A DNA stretch of 64,000 nt from an uncultured Pseudomonadota bacterium (lineage in GTDB: Bacteria; Oederibacteriota; Muellerivitia; Muellerivitales; Muellerivitaceae): positions 640,001 through 704,000 of the forward strand of contig CAVYRH010000004.1 in NCBI GenBank assembly GCA_963770835.1, in the 5' to 3' direction. Shown one piece after another: positions 8,734 through 17,047 of this stretch. Both the position numbers and the translations under genes were made by a program. The notes under the pieces are model-generated. The model worked only from the letters and a program-made list of their open reading frames with translations. It was not told where the DNA came from and ran no database searches. Every line of letters begins with the position of its first letter. Position 1 is the first letter of the stretch.

Positions 8734-10365
8734 TTATTTCTTTCCCTGCTGGTACAGATAGTTCGCCAAGTCCTGGATTTGCGCGGGAGTCAGCTGGTCC
8801 GTGAAGCCCGACATGGCCGCGTCCTTGTTGAGCGAAAGCGGGTTCTTGATATAAGCCGCGATGTAATCCGCGTCACGGCCCTGCCCGATGTGGGACAGGT
8901 CGGGGCCGATATCCTCGCCTACGCCGTGGAACTTGTGGCAGGAGGCGCAATTGTCCTCATAAAGTTTGGGCGCCTGGGCTGAGAAAGCCCCTCCCCCCAA
9001 ACTGCTCATATAAGCCACCAGGGCCTCCACTTCTCCGTCCAATAGGTTGAAATTGGGCATCTTGGTGCTGGGTGTGACCTTTTTGGGGTCGCGGAAATGG
9101 GCGGCCAACCAGTCCCGGTTGCGCCGCAAACCCACTTCGTCCAAGGCCGGGCCCACGGTTCCGCCGCGCCCGTTGAGGCTATGGCAATACTGGCAATGGA
9201 GGTCCGTGAAAAGCCTTTTCCCTTCCATGATGAGCGGATCTTTCTGGGTAATAGGGTTGGTCAAGGGCGTGCGGGCGCCCTGGACGGTCAAAATGATGAC
9301 CCCCAGGACCGCCATCCATCCCGCGGCCACTAGCCATTTGCGGTCCGCCGGGTGGCGCTTGGGTCCCTTGTCCAAGAAGGGCAGGGCCAGGAGGGCCAGG
9401 ATTACCAGGGTGGGGAGCAGGACGATGGCGAAAGCCTCGGATTTCCCCGGGAAATATTTCAGAAGCTGAAATACGGAAAGGAAATACCATTCGGGCCGGG
9501 GGTTATAGGTGGTATCGGTGGGATTGGCCAAATCCTCAAGTTCGGCGCCCCTCCACAATGCCACAGCCACCACAATGGCGAAGACGATGAAGACGGCAGT
9601 GGTGTCCTTGAAAATGATGTAGGGCCAGAAGGATTTTCCCTGGGCCTTCAGCTCGGCGTAACGGGCCTTGTAGCGGGCCTTCCAATCGGGTTCCTTGCCG
9701 GTCGAGGAAGGATCCCTTTCAGGAGGAGCGGAGATGCCGTGCCAAACCACCAAGAAAAGATGGACGCCGATGAAAAGGATAGCCAGGATCGGAAGAACCA
9801 GCACGTGAATGGCGTAAAACCGGGCCAGGGTGATGGCGCCCAGGTCCTGGCCGCCTTTCATGATCTTGGAAAGGGCGTCCCCAAGAAACGGAACCTGCTC
9901 CACCATGTGGGCCCCCACGGTGGTGGCCCAGTAGGCCTTTTGGTCCCAGGGCAAAAGATAACCGGTGAAACCGAAGCCGATCACCAGGAAGAAAAGGAAC
10001 ACGCCCGTGAACCAGGTGACCTCGCGGGGGTATTTATAGGCGCCCATCATGAAGACGCGTAAAAGGTGCAGGAAGGCGGCCACCACCATGCCGGTGGCGC
10101 CCCATTTATGGAGGCTCCTTAAAAAAGACCCCATGGGGACTTCGTTGGTAATGTACCGGACCGAATCATAGGCGTGGTCGGGCGAGGGGGAGTAATGCAT
10201 GGCTAAGAGCATGCCCGTGACCACCTGGAGGATGAAAAAGAAAAGGGTGATGCTGCCCAGGGTGTAACGCCAGCCGACGCCCTTGGGGATGTGGCGGTCG
10301 AAGATGACTTCCTTGATCTTGCGCCAGCCGGTGCGCTCATCCAGCCAGTCGAGGATTTTTTTCAT
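8734..10365 (-). CDS. Cytochrome b of a Rieske/cyt b complex, fused to a subunit-IV-like part and two c-type haem domains
   Basis: SLHKWGA, LHLLRVF, FTGYLLPWDQKAYWA, RFYAIHV, RPEWY; C-terminal CQYCH and CASCH; start MKKILDWLDER at 10365 overlaps the Rieske stop. Confidence 0.93.
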   Translation of the reverse strand: MKKILDWLDERTGWRKIKEVIFDRHIPKGVGWRYTLGSITLFFFILQVVTGMLLAMHYSPSPDHAYDSVRYITNEVPMGSFLRSLHKWGATGMVVAAFLHLLRVFMMGAYKYPREVTWFTGVFLFFLVIGFGFTGYLLPWDQKAYWATTVGAHMVEQVPFLGDALSKIMKGGQDLGAITLARFYAIHVLVLPILAILFIGVHLFLVVWHGISAPPERDPSSTGKEPDWKARYKARYAELKAQGKSFWPYIIFKDTTAVFIVFAIVVAVALWRGAELEDLANPTDTTYNPRPEWYFLSVFQLLKYFPGKSEAFAIVLLPTLVILALLALPFLDKGPKRHPADRKWLVAAGWMAVLGVIILTVQGARTPLTNPITQKDPLIMEGKRLFTDLHCQYCHSLNGRGGTVGPALDEVGLRRNRDWLAAHFRDPKKVTPSTKMPNFNLLDGEVEALVAYMSSLGGGAFSAQAPKLYEDNCASCHKFHGVGEDIGPDLSHIGQGRDADYIAAYIKNPLSLNKDAAMSGFTDQLTPAQIQDLANYLYQQGKK

Positions 10366-10868
10366 CACGCTTCCCCCTGTGGCAGGATAAACAGGTTGCC
10401 GTTTTCTATTTTCACCTGGTAGCGGTTCAGCGGTTTCGGCGGCGGGCCCGAGATGACATGCCCGTCCTTGGCGAAGGTGCCGCCGTGGCAGGGGCAAAGG
10501 AAAGCCTTCTTGGTGGCATCCCAGCGGTAGGGGCAGCCCAGGTGGGTGCAATGGGGGTCATAGGCTACCCAGTCCTCCCCCTGTTTGACCACCCAGACGG
10601 AGCTGCCGCTCTCGATGACCTCCCAGCCGTCCTCCTTGCGGTTGACGTAGTCCACCTTCACCGGGTCCCCGGCCTGCAGGCCGGCCACAGGGCCCACATT
10701 CACCCAGCCTTCCTTTTTGCGGCGCCAAGCGGGGGAAAGAAAATAGGAAACACCCGAACCGCCGAGGACGAAGGCGATCATCGCCCCCATCAACGTGATC
10801 ATGCCGATGAGGAAATTCCGGCGTTTGGGGTTTTCCGGGTCCGGGCGCGGGGCGGGGGATTCTGACAT
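10365..10868 (-). CDS. Rieske 2Fe-2S protein
   Basis: Tat-like RRNFL plus TM; CTHLGC and CPCHGG boxes; GPPPKPL. Confidence 0.95.
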   Translation of the reverse strand: MSESPAPRPDPENPKRRNFLIGMITLMGAMIAFVLGGSGVSYFLSPAWRRKKEGWVNVGPVAGLQAGDPVKVDYVNRKEDGWEVIESGSSVWVVKQGEDWVAYDPHCTHLGCPYRWDATKKAFLCPCHGGTFAKDGHVISGPPPKPLNRYQVKIENGNLFILPQGEA

Positions 10869-10914
10869 AATTCTCTCCTGAGCGAATTGGGGGCTCTAAT
10901 TAAAAGTCGGGTTT

Positions 10915-10946
10915 AAAAAAAGGCCGGGTCCAAAGGGCCCGGCCTT
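10915..10946 (-). terminator. Intrinsic terminator-like hairpin between the cyc2-like gene and the Rieske gene
   Basis: Minus strand reads AAGGCCGGGCCC-TTT-GGACCCGGCCTTTTTTT. Confidence 0.7.
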
Positions 10947-10968
10947 CGCTACGTTAACTGAGGTTTGG

Positions 10969-12387
10969 TTAAAAAGCGAGCCAGGCCATGGCCATCAAAG
11001 TGTTGTTATCCGAGGCTTTCCGTGCGGTGGCCCCGTCATAACCCAGCTCGGTGGTCGGATCCACATTGTCCCCGCCGCCGTTGAACTTCCAATAGGCGGT
11101 GTACTGCAGGGTGAGCTTGGTGTTAAGCCAGGGCAGGTAATTGATCTCGTAAATCATGCCGTTGGACGTGGGATCACCCGTGGCGCTGCCGCTATAGGGT
11201 GTCGGGGTGTAAATCACGTCATCCGTAGTCCCACCCAGGCCAAAATAAGCCACGGTGAAACCGATGGACCTTTGGTAATAAAAGGTCCCGTTGATCCGGA
11301 AAAGCTCCAACTGGTCGTCCAGGTTGGCTGACCCGGGGGCGGCTTCGTTGAAAGTGGAATTCAGCGTCTGGTATTCCCGGATCCAGGAAACCTGGAGGGA
11401 AGGCTGGATTTCCTTGGTGATGTACTGGGCTTGGGCATCGATGCCGAAATCCGTGAAGTTGTCCGCGGTGAACCCGGCCGGAATGCCGGCCGCCGGGGCC
11501 ACATCCTCGGAAAACACGAAGCCCCCTAATTCGAAGGAGCTGTCGCCCACTTCCTGGTTGAAAGCCACGCGGGCGTAAGGCGCATAGCCCTGAATGGAGG
11601 CCGAACCCACGGCGGCCGGCGCCTGGGGCGCGCTGCGGTAGGCGCTGGCTTCCACGTAAACCAGCTTGTCCAGGTTGAGGTAAGCGCCCAAGCCGCCCAC
11701 GCTACCTCCCAGAGTCGTTATTTGGGGGGCGGCGGTGGGCTGGGGGATGTTGGCGGAGGTGGCGTAGGGGAAGCCCCAGGCCGGAACCGTATTCCAGACG
11801 TCCTGGACGGTCGGGTTGTTGTTGAGGGTCAGGCCGAAGATTGCGTCACGCCCGTCCAGTTGGAAATGGGTGGCGTAGCGCACGTCGGTGTTGTCGGAGT
11901 GGAATACCCCCGAGCCGAAATCATAGGTGGCCTGTATAAAAGCCCCGATATTGGGCGAAATCTCCCCTGCGTAGAAAAGGCTCAATTGCTCGGGGAAAGC
12001 CACGTAGCCCTGCAAGTCGGTGTCGGGGCCTGGAACGGCGGTGGTGGGGTTCTTCACGAAGCTGTCTGAAATCTGCAGCATGGCCGAAAGGGGAGGAGCC
12101 TTGTCGATCTCCATCGACACGTCGCCGGTCTTGTCGTCCTTTTCCGTCACTTTGTCCGATTCACCCGAAACGTAACCGTTCAATTTGAACCAGCGGCCGT
12201 AGGGGGTTAATTCGGGGAAGGCCGTATGACAGGCCATACAAGACATTCCCGTCTGCCGCGAAAAGCTGGGGACGGCCTGGGCCGGGGCGGAAAAAGAACC
12301 CCAAAGGACCGCGGATAAAAGCAGGAAAGACCAGGCGAAGGGGACGCCCATCCCTTTTTTTCTCACGGCCAGGGAATTCTCGCTCAT
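10969..12387 (-). CDS. cyc2: Cyc2-like outer-membrane fused monohaem cytochrome c-porin
   Basis: After the signal peptide: AVPSFSRQTGMSCMACHTAFPELTPYGRWFKLNGY, matching the Cyc2 N-terminal signature; beta-strand-rich body; C-terminal AWLAF. Confidence 0.85.
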   Translation of the reverse strand: MSENSLAVRKKGMGVPFAWSFLLLSAVLWGSFSAPAQAVPSFSRQTGMSCMACHTAFPELTPYGRWFKLNGYVSGESDKVTEKDDKTGDVSMEIDKAPPLSAMLQISDSFVKNPTTAVPGPDTDLQGYVAFPEQLSLFYAGEISPNIGAFIQATYDFGSGVFHSDNTDVRYATHFQLDGRDAIFGLTLNNNPTVQDVWNTVPAWGFPYATSANIPQPTAAPQITTLGGSVGGLGAYLNLDKLVYVEASAYRSAPQAPAAVGSASIQGYAPYARVAFNQEVGDSSFELGGFVFSEDVAPAAGIPAGFTADNFTDFGIDAQAQYITKEIQPSLQVSWIREYQTLNSTFNEAAPGSANLDDQLELFRINGTFYYQRSIGFTVAYFGLGGTTDDVIYTPTPYSGSATGDPTSNGMIYEINYLPWLNTKLTLQYTAYWKFNGGGDNVDPTTELGYDGATARKASDNNTLMAMAWLAF

Positions 12388-12430
12388 ACAGCCTCCTCAA
12401 ATCAGTTTATTTTTGCGGCTCCGCCCGGTT

Positions 12431-12865
12431 TTATTTTCCGCCCAGGGTGCGGATGTAATTGACCACGTTCCAGCGTTCCTTGTCCGTCAGGTTCTTCGCG
12501 AAGGTGGGCATGGGCTTCTGCCCCTTGGTGATCTTCCAGAAAAGGGCTCCGTCGGTTTCGGCCTTCACTTGGGCGGAGGTCAGGTCGCCCGGTTTTTTCT
12601 TGAGCACCTTGCACATGGGGCCGTCGCCCTTGCCCAGGGTTCCGTGGCAGGAGAGGCACTTGCCGGTGAAGATTTTCTTTCCGGCATCGGTAGAGGTTTT
12701 GTCTGCGGCGATTGGGTTTTGGACCTGCGCGGCATCCGCCGGCACCTGCCAGCCCGTGGCGGCTTCATCGGCCATGGCGCAAGTCAGGGCTAGGCTGAAT
12801 ATCCCCACGGTGGCGAAGAAAGCCAGCAATAGGAAAAAATTTGGGGTGAATCCGATTCGCTTCAT
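12431..12865 (-). CDS. Periplasmic monohaem cytochrome c
   Basis: Signal peptide, CLSCHG.GKGDGP, distal Met in PMPTF; AAGGAGG SD before ATG 12865. Confidence 0.93.
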   Translation of the reverse strand: MKRIGFTPNFFLLLAFFATVGIFSLALTCAMADEAATGWQVPADAAQVQNPIAADKTSTDAGKKIFTGKCLSCHGTLGKGDGPMCKVLKKKPGDLTSAQVKAETDGALFWKITKGQKPMPTFAKNLTDKERWNVVNYIRTLGGK

Positions 12866-12951
12866 TTGATCCTCCTTGGTTATGACTGACGCGCTAAAGC
12901 TTAAGCACCTTAGCACGAAACCAATACTAGAAGGAGGAGGTGGAGTCATAT

Positions 12952-12965
12952 ATGAGCTTCGTCAT
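12952..12965 (-). promoter_or_regulatory. Crp/Fnr-type box ATGAG-CTTC-GTCAT upstream of the cyt c/cyc2 operon
   Basis: Matches the recurring ATGAC-N4-GTCAT; minus-strand TAGTAT 22 nt downstream. Confidence 0.7.
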
Positions 12966-13214
12966 AGAGGGCCAGACAGTATTTGGGCGATGGTTTTAGA
13001 AGTTTTTTAAAAGCTTGGGAAAAATTATCTGAGGATTGGGCTGATATGCCTTTTACCTATCATTTTGATAGGTGGTTCCAGTTCCGGTATTTGGTTTACC
13101 TAAACCAAGCGCTTTTAAAAAGAGTCGTGGAATTCGGCCAAACCTTTTTGGGTTTTCCTGGGACAACGGATAGGTTCCGTTAATGTTTTTCAAACGAAGT
13201 CAAGGGCCCGCATT

Positions 13215-13228
13215 ATGACGTTTCTCAT
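13215..13228 (+). promoter_or_regulatory. Crp/Fnr-type box ATGAC-GTTT-CTCAT
   Basis: Recurring motif, upstream of the 13290 gene. Confidence 0.65.
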
Positions 13229-13289
13229 ACCCTCCCCTTATAAATAGGATCATCCTAAAGGTGAAATCAGATTCGCAAGGAGGTCCGCC

Positions 13290-13796
13290 ATGGTGTCCGT
13301 TGAAGAAAGGCTTGCCAAGCATCCTTTTTTAAAAGGGATTTCGGGCCCGAATATCCTCATGCTGGCCGAAGACACGGTCCCCATGGTTTTCCAGCCGGGA
13401 GAAATGCTGTTCCACCAAGGGCAGAAGGCCCATTACCTTTTCCTGATTGAAAAGGGGATCGTGGAAGTCGGAATTTTGAAGGGCGACAAATGCGGACCGG
13501 TCACCATCACCCACGTGGGGAAGGGCGGAAGCCTGGGATGGTCCTGGGCCTTCGCGCCCTTCACGTGGAAGTTCGACGCCCGGGCCAAAGAACGGGTGGA
13601 GACCCTGGCCCTGGACGGAAAGCCCGTCATGGCCAAACTGGGGCGCTATCCCATGCTGGGTTACGAGTTCATGCGACAGATGTCCCATTCCCTGTCCGAG
13701 GCGCTGGATGCCACCCGCCACCAGCTGGTGAAGATCCACCACCACGCGCCGGAAATCGAAAGGGAAATCCTCTATTTCCCCTCGCCCATCGTTTAA
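13290..13796 (+). CDS. Cyclic-nucleotide-binding (cNMP) domain protein without HTH
   Basis: FQPGEMLFHQGQKA..LFLIEKG.V, LGWSW, FDARA motifs. Confidence 0.85.
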   Translation: MVSVEERLAKHPFLKGISGPNILMLAEDTVPMVFQPGEMLFHQGQKAHYLFLIEKGIVEVGILKGDKCGPVTITHVGKGGSLGWSWAFAPFTWKFDARAKERVETLALDGKPVMAKLGRYPMLGYEFMRQMSHSLSEALDATRHQLVKIHHHAPEIEREILYFPSPIV

Positions 13797-13816
13797 GCTT
13801 TCCCTGGGAGGCGGTC

Positions 13817-14446
13817 ATGGGGAAACTTATGGGGCTTAAAATGCGTACAGGTTTTTTGGTTGTCGTAGTTATCTTGCTCGTCGGAATTACCGCCGATTCC
13901 TCCTGGAAAGAATCGTCCGGTACGGGCCTTCAAGCGGCGGAAAATCCCCTCGTTATCCAAGGCCGCCGGCTTTACACCCAATTTCATTGCGAGTATTGCC
14001 ATCGGCTGAAAGGACGCGGCGGCACCGTGGGCCCGGCCCTGGACAATGTGGGCTTCCGAAGGACGACCGAATGGCTGTCGGACCATTTCCAGAACCCCCA
14101 AAAACTTTCGAAGGGTTCCCAAATGGCCCGCATTCCACTGAAGGACGACCAGGTGAAAGCCTTGACGGCCTTCATGAACAGCCTGGGCGGGCGGACCTTT
14201 ACGCCCGAAGCCCCCACACTCTTCGTGCAATATTGCAGTTCCTGCCACCGGATGAACGACATCGGCGTTCCCACCACGGTCGACCTTTCCAACGAAGGGC
14301 AATTCCGTGACATTGATTTCATACAGAACCGCATCAAGGACCCCCTGCAAATGAAACCTACCACCACCATGCCGAGTTTCGGCCGGGTGCTCACCGACGC
14401 CCAGATCAAGGACCTGGCGGTTTATATCTTCCGTGGGGGGCGTTGA
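13817..14446 (+). CDS. Membrane-anchored dihaem cytochrome c
   Basis: N-terminal TM; CEYCH and CSSCH; clearly paralogous to the C-terminal domain of the 8734-10365 cytochrome b fusion; GGGAGG SD. Confidence 0.88.
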   Translation: MGKLMGLKMRTGFLVVVVILLVGITADSSWKESSGTGLQAAENPLVIQGRRLYTQFHCEYCHRLKGRGGTVGPALDNVGFRRTTEWLSDHFQNPQKLSKGSQMARIPLKDDQVKALTAFMNSLGGRTFTPEAPTLFVQYCSSCHRMNDIGVPTTVDLSNEGQFRDIDFIQNRIKDPLQMKPTTTMPSFGRVLTDAQIKDLAVYIFRGGR

Positions 14447-14565
14447 TTCTCAATCTTCCCTCAAAGATAAAATGACCACTTGGTTTCGGATGGGGTCTTG
14501 GGTAAAGATGATTTAAAGCCGCTTCATCCAGTAAAAAAATCTAAAAAGCATCCAGGGAGTCTTTT

Positions 14566-15597
14566 ATGCATTACCGCCGCTTCGGCCGCACCGGCCTTTT
14601 CGTTTCCGAGCTTTGTTTCGGCGCCATGACCTTCGGCGGGAGGGGCTTCTGGACCGCTATCGGAAAATTGGACGCTTCCGAGGCCCAGGCCCTCATCGGC
14701 GCCTCGCTGGACGCAGGGATCAACCTTATCGACACCGCCGACGTTTATTCCGAGGGCGAATCCGAAAGGCTGGTGGGGGAAGCCCTGGCGGCCCTGAACC
14801 GGCCGCGCCACGAGATTTTGGTGGCCACCAAATGCCGGGGAAAGGTCGGGAACACTCCCAACGACATGGGCCTCTCCCGCGGCCACATCCTGCGTTCCAT
14901 CGATGGGAGCCTGAAGCGGCTGAAACTCGACTTCGTGGACCTCTACCAAATTCACGGCTTCGATCCCGAAACGCCGCTGGAGGAAACCATGCGGGCTCTG
15001 GACGACGTGGTGAAATCGGGCAAGGCGCGCTATGTGGGGTTCTGCAATCTTTCCGCCTGGCAGGCCATGAAGGCCCTGGCCTTCGCGGAGGCCAACGGCC
15101 TCAACCGCTTCGTCAGCGCGCAGATTTATTACTCCATCGGGGGCCGGGACATCGAGCGCGAACTGGCGCCCCTATGCCAGGACCAGGGGCTGGCCATCCT
15201 GCCCTGGAGCCCGCTGGCCGGGGGACTTTTCTCCGGCAAGTACGACCTCGAAAATCCGGGGCCCGAGGGCGCGCGCCGCACGACCTTCGACTTCCCGCCC
15301 GTGGACAAGGTCCGGGCCAAGGAAATCCTGAAGGTTTTGAGGGAAGTCTCCCAGACGGTTGGCGCGCCCGTTTCACGGGTGGCCTTGGCCTGGATGCTCA
15401 CCAAGCCCTTCGTCACCAGCATTATCCTGGGGGCCAAGACCCTGGAACAACTGAAGGACAACCTGCTCGCCACCGACCTGGCGCTTTCGCCGGAACAGAC
15501 CGCGAAGCTGGACGCCGTCAGCGCCATGCCCGCCGAATACCCGGGTTGGATGCTCTCCCGCCAGTCCGTGGAACGAGTGCCCAAAACGGCGAGATAA
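14566..15597 (+). CDS. Aldo/keto reductase
   Basis: G.TGL.VSELCFGAMTFG, IDTADVYS.G.SE, DLYQIH, PWSPLAGG. Confidence 0.95.
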   Translation: MHYRRFGRTGLFVSELCFGAMTFGGRGFWTAIGKLDASEAQALIGASLDAGINLIDTADVYSEGESERLVGEALAALNRPRHEILVATKCRGKVGNTPNDMGLSRGHILRSIDGSLKRLKLDFVDLYQIHGFDPETPLEETMRALDDVVKSGKARYVGFCNLSAWQAMKALAFAEANGLNRFVSAQIYYSIGGRDIERELAPLCQDQGLAILPWSPLAGGLFSGKYDLENPGPEGARRTTFDFPPVDKVRAKEILKVLREVSQTVGAPVSRVALAWMLTKPFVTSIILGAKTLEQLKDNLLATDLALSPEQTAKLDAVSAMPAEYPGWMLSRQSVERVPKTAR

Positions 15598-15665
15598 GAA
15601 TTTATGGAAATTTTATGAAATCAACTGAACGAACCAGAACTTTACTTTTGGTTGAAAGCTTCTTT

Positions 15666-16199
15666 TTAAACTTCGACCGGGCCCGGGTCGCGGCTCGTCT
15701 CAGCGACTAGGTCTTTCGGCAGGGAATGGGCACAAAGGTCCGTGGCGCCGCAAAGCTCGTTCACGAAGAGGTGCTTGGAAACCTGCGCCGTTAGTTCGCG
15801 AAGGAGCATTTTGCTACGGGCCGCCGCGCCGGGGACCCGCCACAAAACCTGTTGGACCAGTTCACGCGCGAAGTCGCTGGCGCCGCGGCACAGCACCTGG
15901 TAGCGCTCGACCGGAACCAAACCCTCGCCTTCCTGGAACCTTTCGGGATTGTGATTGCGCTCCACCGGCTCGCAGGCCTCGTCGCACTGGGCTTGGGCCC
16001 CGCAGAACTCAAAAGCCTTCAAGCGGTTCAAGGCCCCCTGCCGCAAAGCCTTGGAAAGGATAAGGATCCGAACGCCCTTGCTGGGATAAACGACGGGCCA
16101 GTCGTGGTCGGGGATTTGGGGTTCCAATTCCAACGCCAGCTTCCGGATCCAGTCTTTCAGGTTCAGCCCATTCGATAAACGAAGTTGGTATACGGCCAT
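15666..16199 (-). CDS. Hypothetical protein
   Basis: ATG 16199 preceded by AGGAGG; open 177-aa frame. Confidence 0.6.
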   Translation of the reverse strand: MAVYQLRLSNGLNLKDWIRKLALELEPQIPDHDWPVVYPSKGVRILILSKALRQGALNRLKAFEFCGAQAQCDEACEPVERNHNPERFQEGEGLVPVERYQVLCRGASDFARELVQQVLWRVPGAAARSKMLLRELTAQVSKHLFVNELCGATDLCAHSLPKDLVAETSRDPGPVEV

Positions 16200-16553
16200 G
16201 ATGGTCCTCCTAACGCTTCCCGCCGTGGGTTTCAAACGGCGGTTTGGGGCCTTGGGTGTTTCCGACCCCCCGCAACCCATTCAACCCCCGGATGGAGCGG
16301 GCGTCTATGACCGACGTCATCAAGGGGGAGGCCTACCAACCCGGAAAAAGGGCCGGGCCGACCGATGGGACCATGTCCGGTTGGTTTAGGGCTTTTCCTA
16401 AAAAAAAGGGCCAAAATCTTCATTCGCCCTATTGCGTTGCGCAGGTAAGTAGAATTAAGTTTTTCATAAGGATTTTAAAGGGATGACCTTTGGAAGTCCG
16501 GAAAGGGGAAAGCGCTGATACTTTCCACCAAACTCCGCCGAAAATTCGAGATA

Positions 16554-16982
16554 TTGCTTGTGGAGGACAATCCGGCCGACGCAAGGCTTGTTTCCCTCGC
16601 CTTGAAAGGGTTCATGATCGACCACGAACTGAGAGTCGTGTCCGATGGGATGGCCGCCATGGATTTCCTCACGAAAAGGAACGCCTACTCGGACGCCCCC
16701 CGGCCGGATGTTGTCTTCCTGGACTGGATGCTGCCCCACAAAAGCGGTGACGAGGTTTTGAGGGAGATGCGGTTTGACCCGAACCTGAAGGACATCCCGG
16801 TGGTGGTGGTGAGCGGGTGCGAATCGACCGAAATGATCCGGGAGGCTTATAACGCCGGAAGCAATTTGTGCATCGTGAAGCCCATCACCTTAGACCGCTT
16901 CCCCTTTATCCTTCGGTTCATGCAGGAAATTTTACAGGAGGAGGGGGATTCCCCGCCGCCTCCCTTCACCTCGATCAATTAA
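16554..16982 (+). CDS. Single-domain response regulator (true start probably slightly upstream)
   Basis: LLVEDNPADARL, PRPDVVFLDWMLP, IPVVV, IVKP. Confidence 0.9.
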   Translation: MLVEDNPADARLVSLALKGFMIDHELRVVSDGMAAMDFLTKRNAYSDAPRPDVVFLDWMLPHKSGDEVLREMRFDPNLKDIPVVVVSGCESTEMIREAYNAGSNLCIVKPITLDRFPFILRFMQEILQEEGDSPPPPFTSIN

Positions 16983-17047
16983 CCTTTCCGCCTTCGCGGC
17001 CCATTCCGGTTGTCAATTCAAAAAAGAAGACTGCTTCTGGAGATGAC

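Noticed and set aside
10366..10551. N-terminal extensions in the ORF track (cytochrome b here; also 7019, 13490, 45004, 52508, 55614)
   Set aside because: They overlap upstream genes or promoters; downstream ATGs with SD sites or coupling fit the family N-termini.
14613..15710. Long alternative-frame and antisense ORFs (e.g. 14613-15710, 17666-18772, 31304-32278, 45909-46796)
   Set aside because: They overlap well-supported genes and are Arg/Pro/Gly-rich shadows typical of high-GC DNA.
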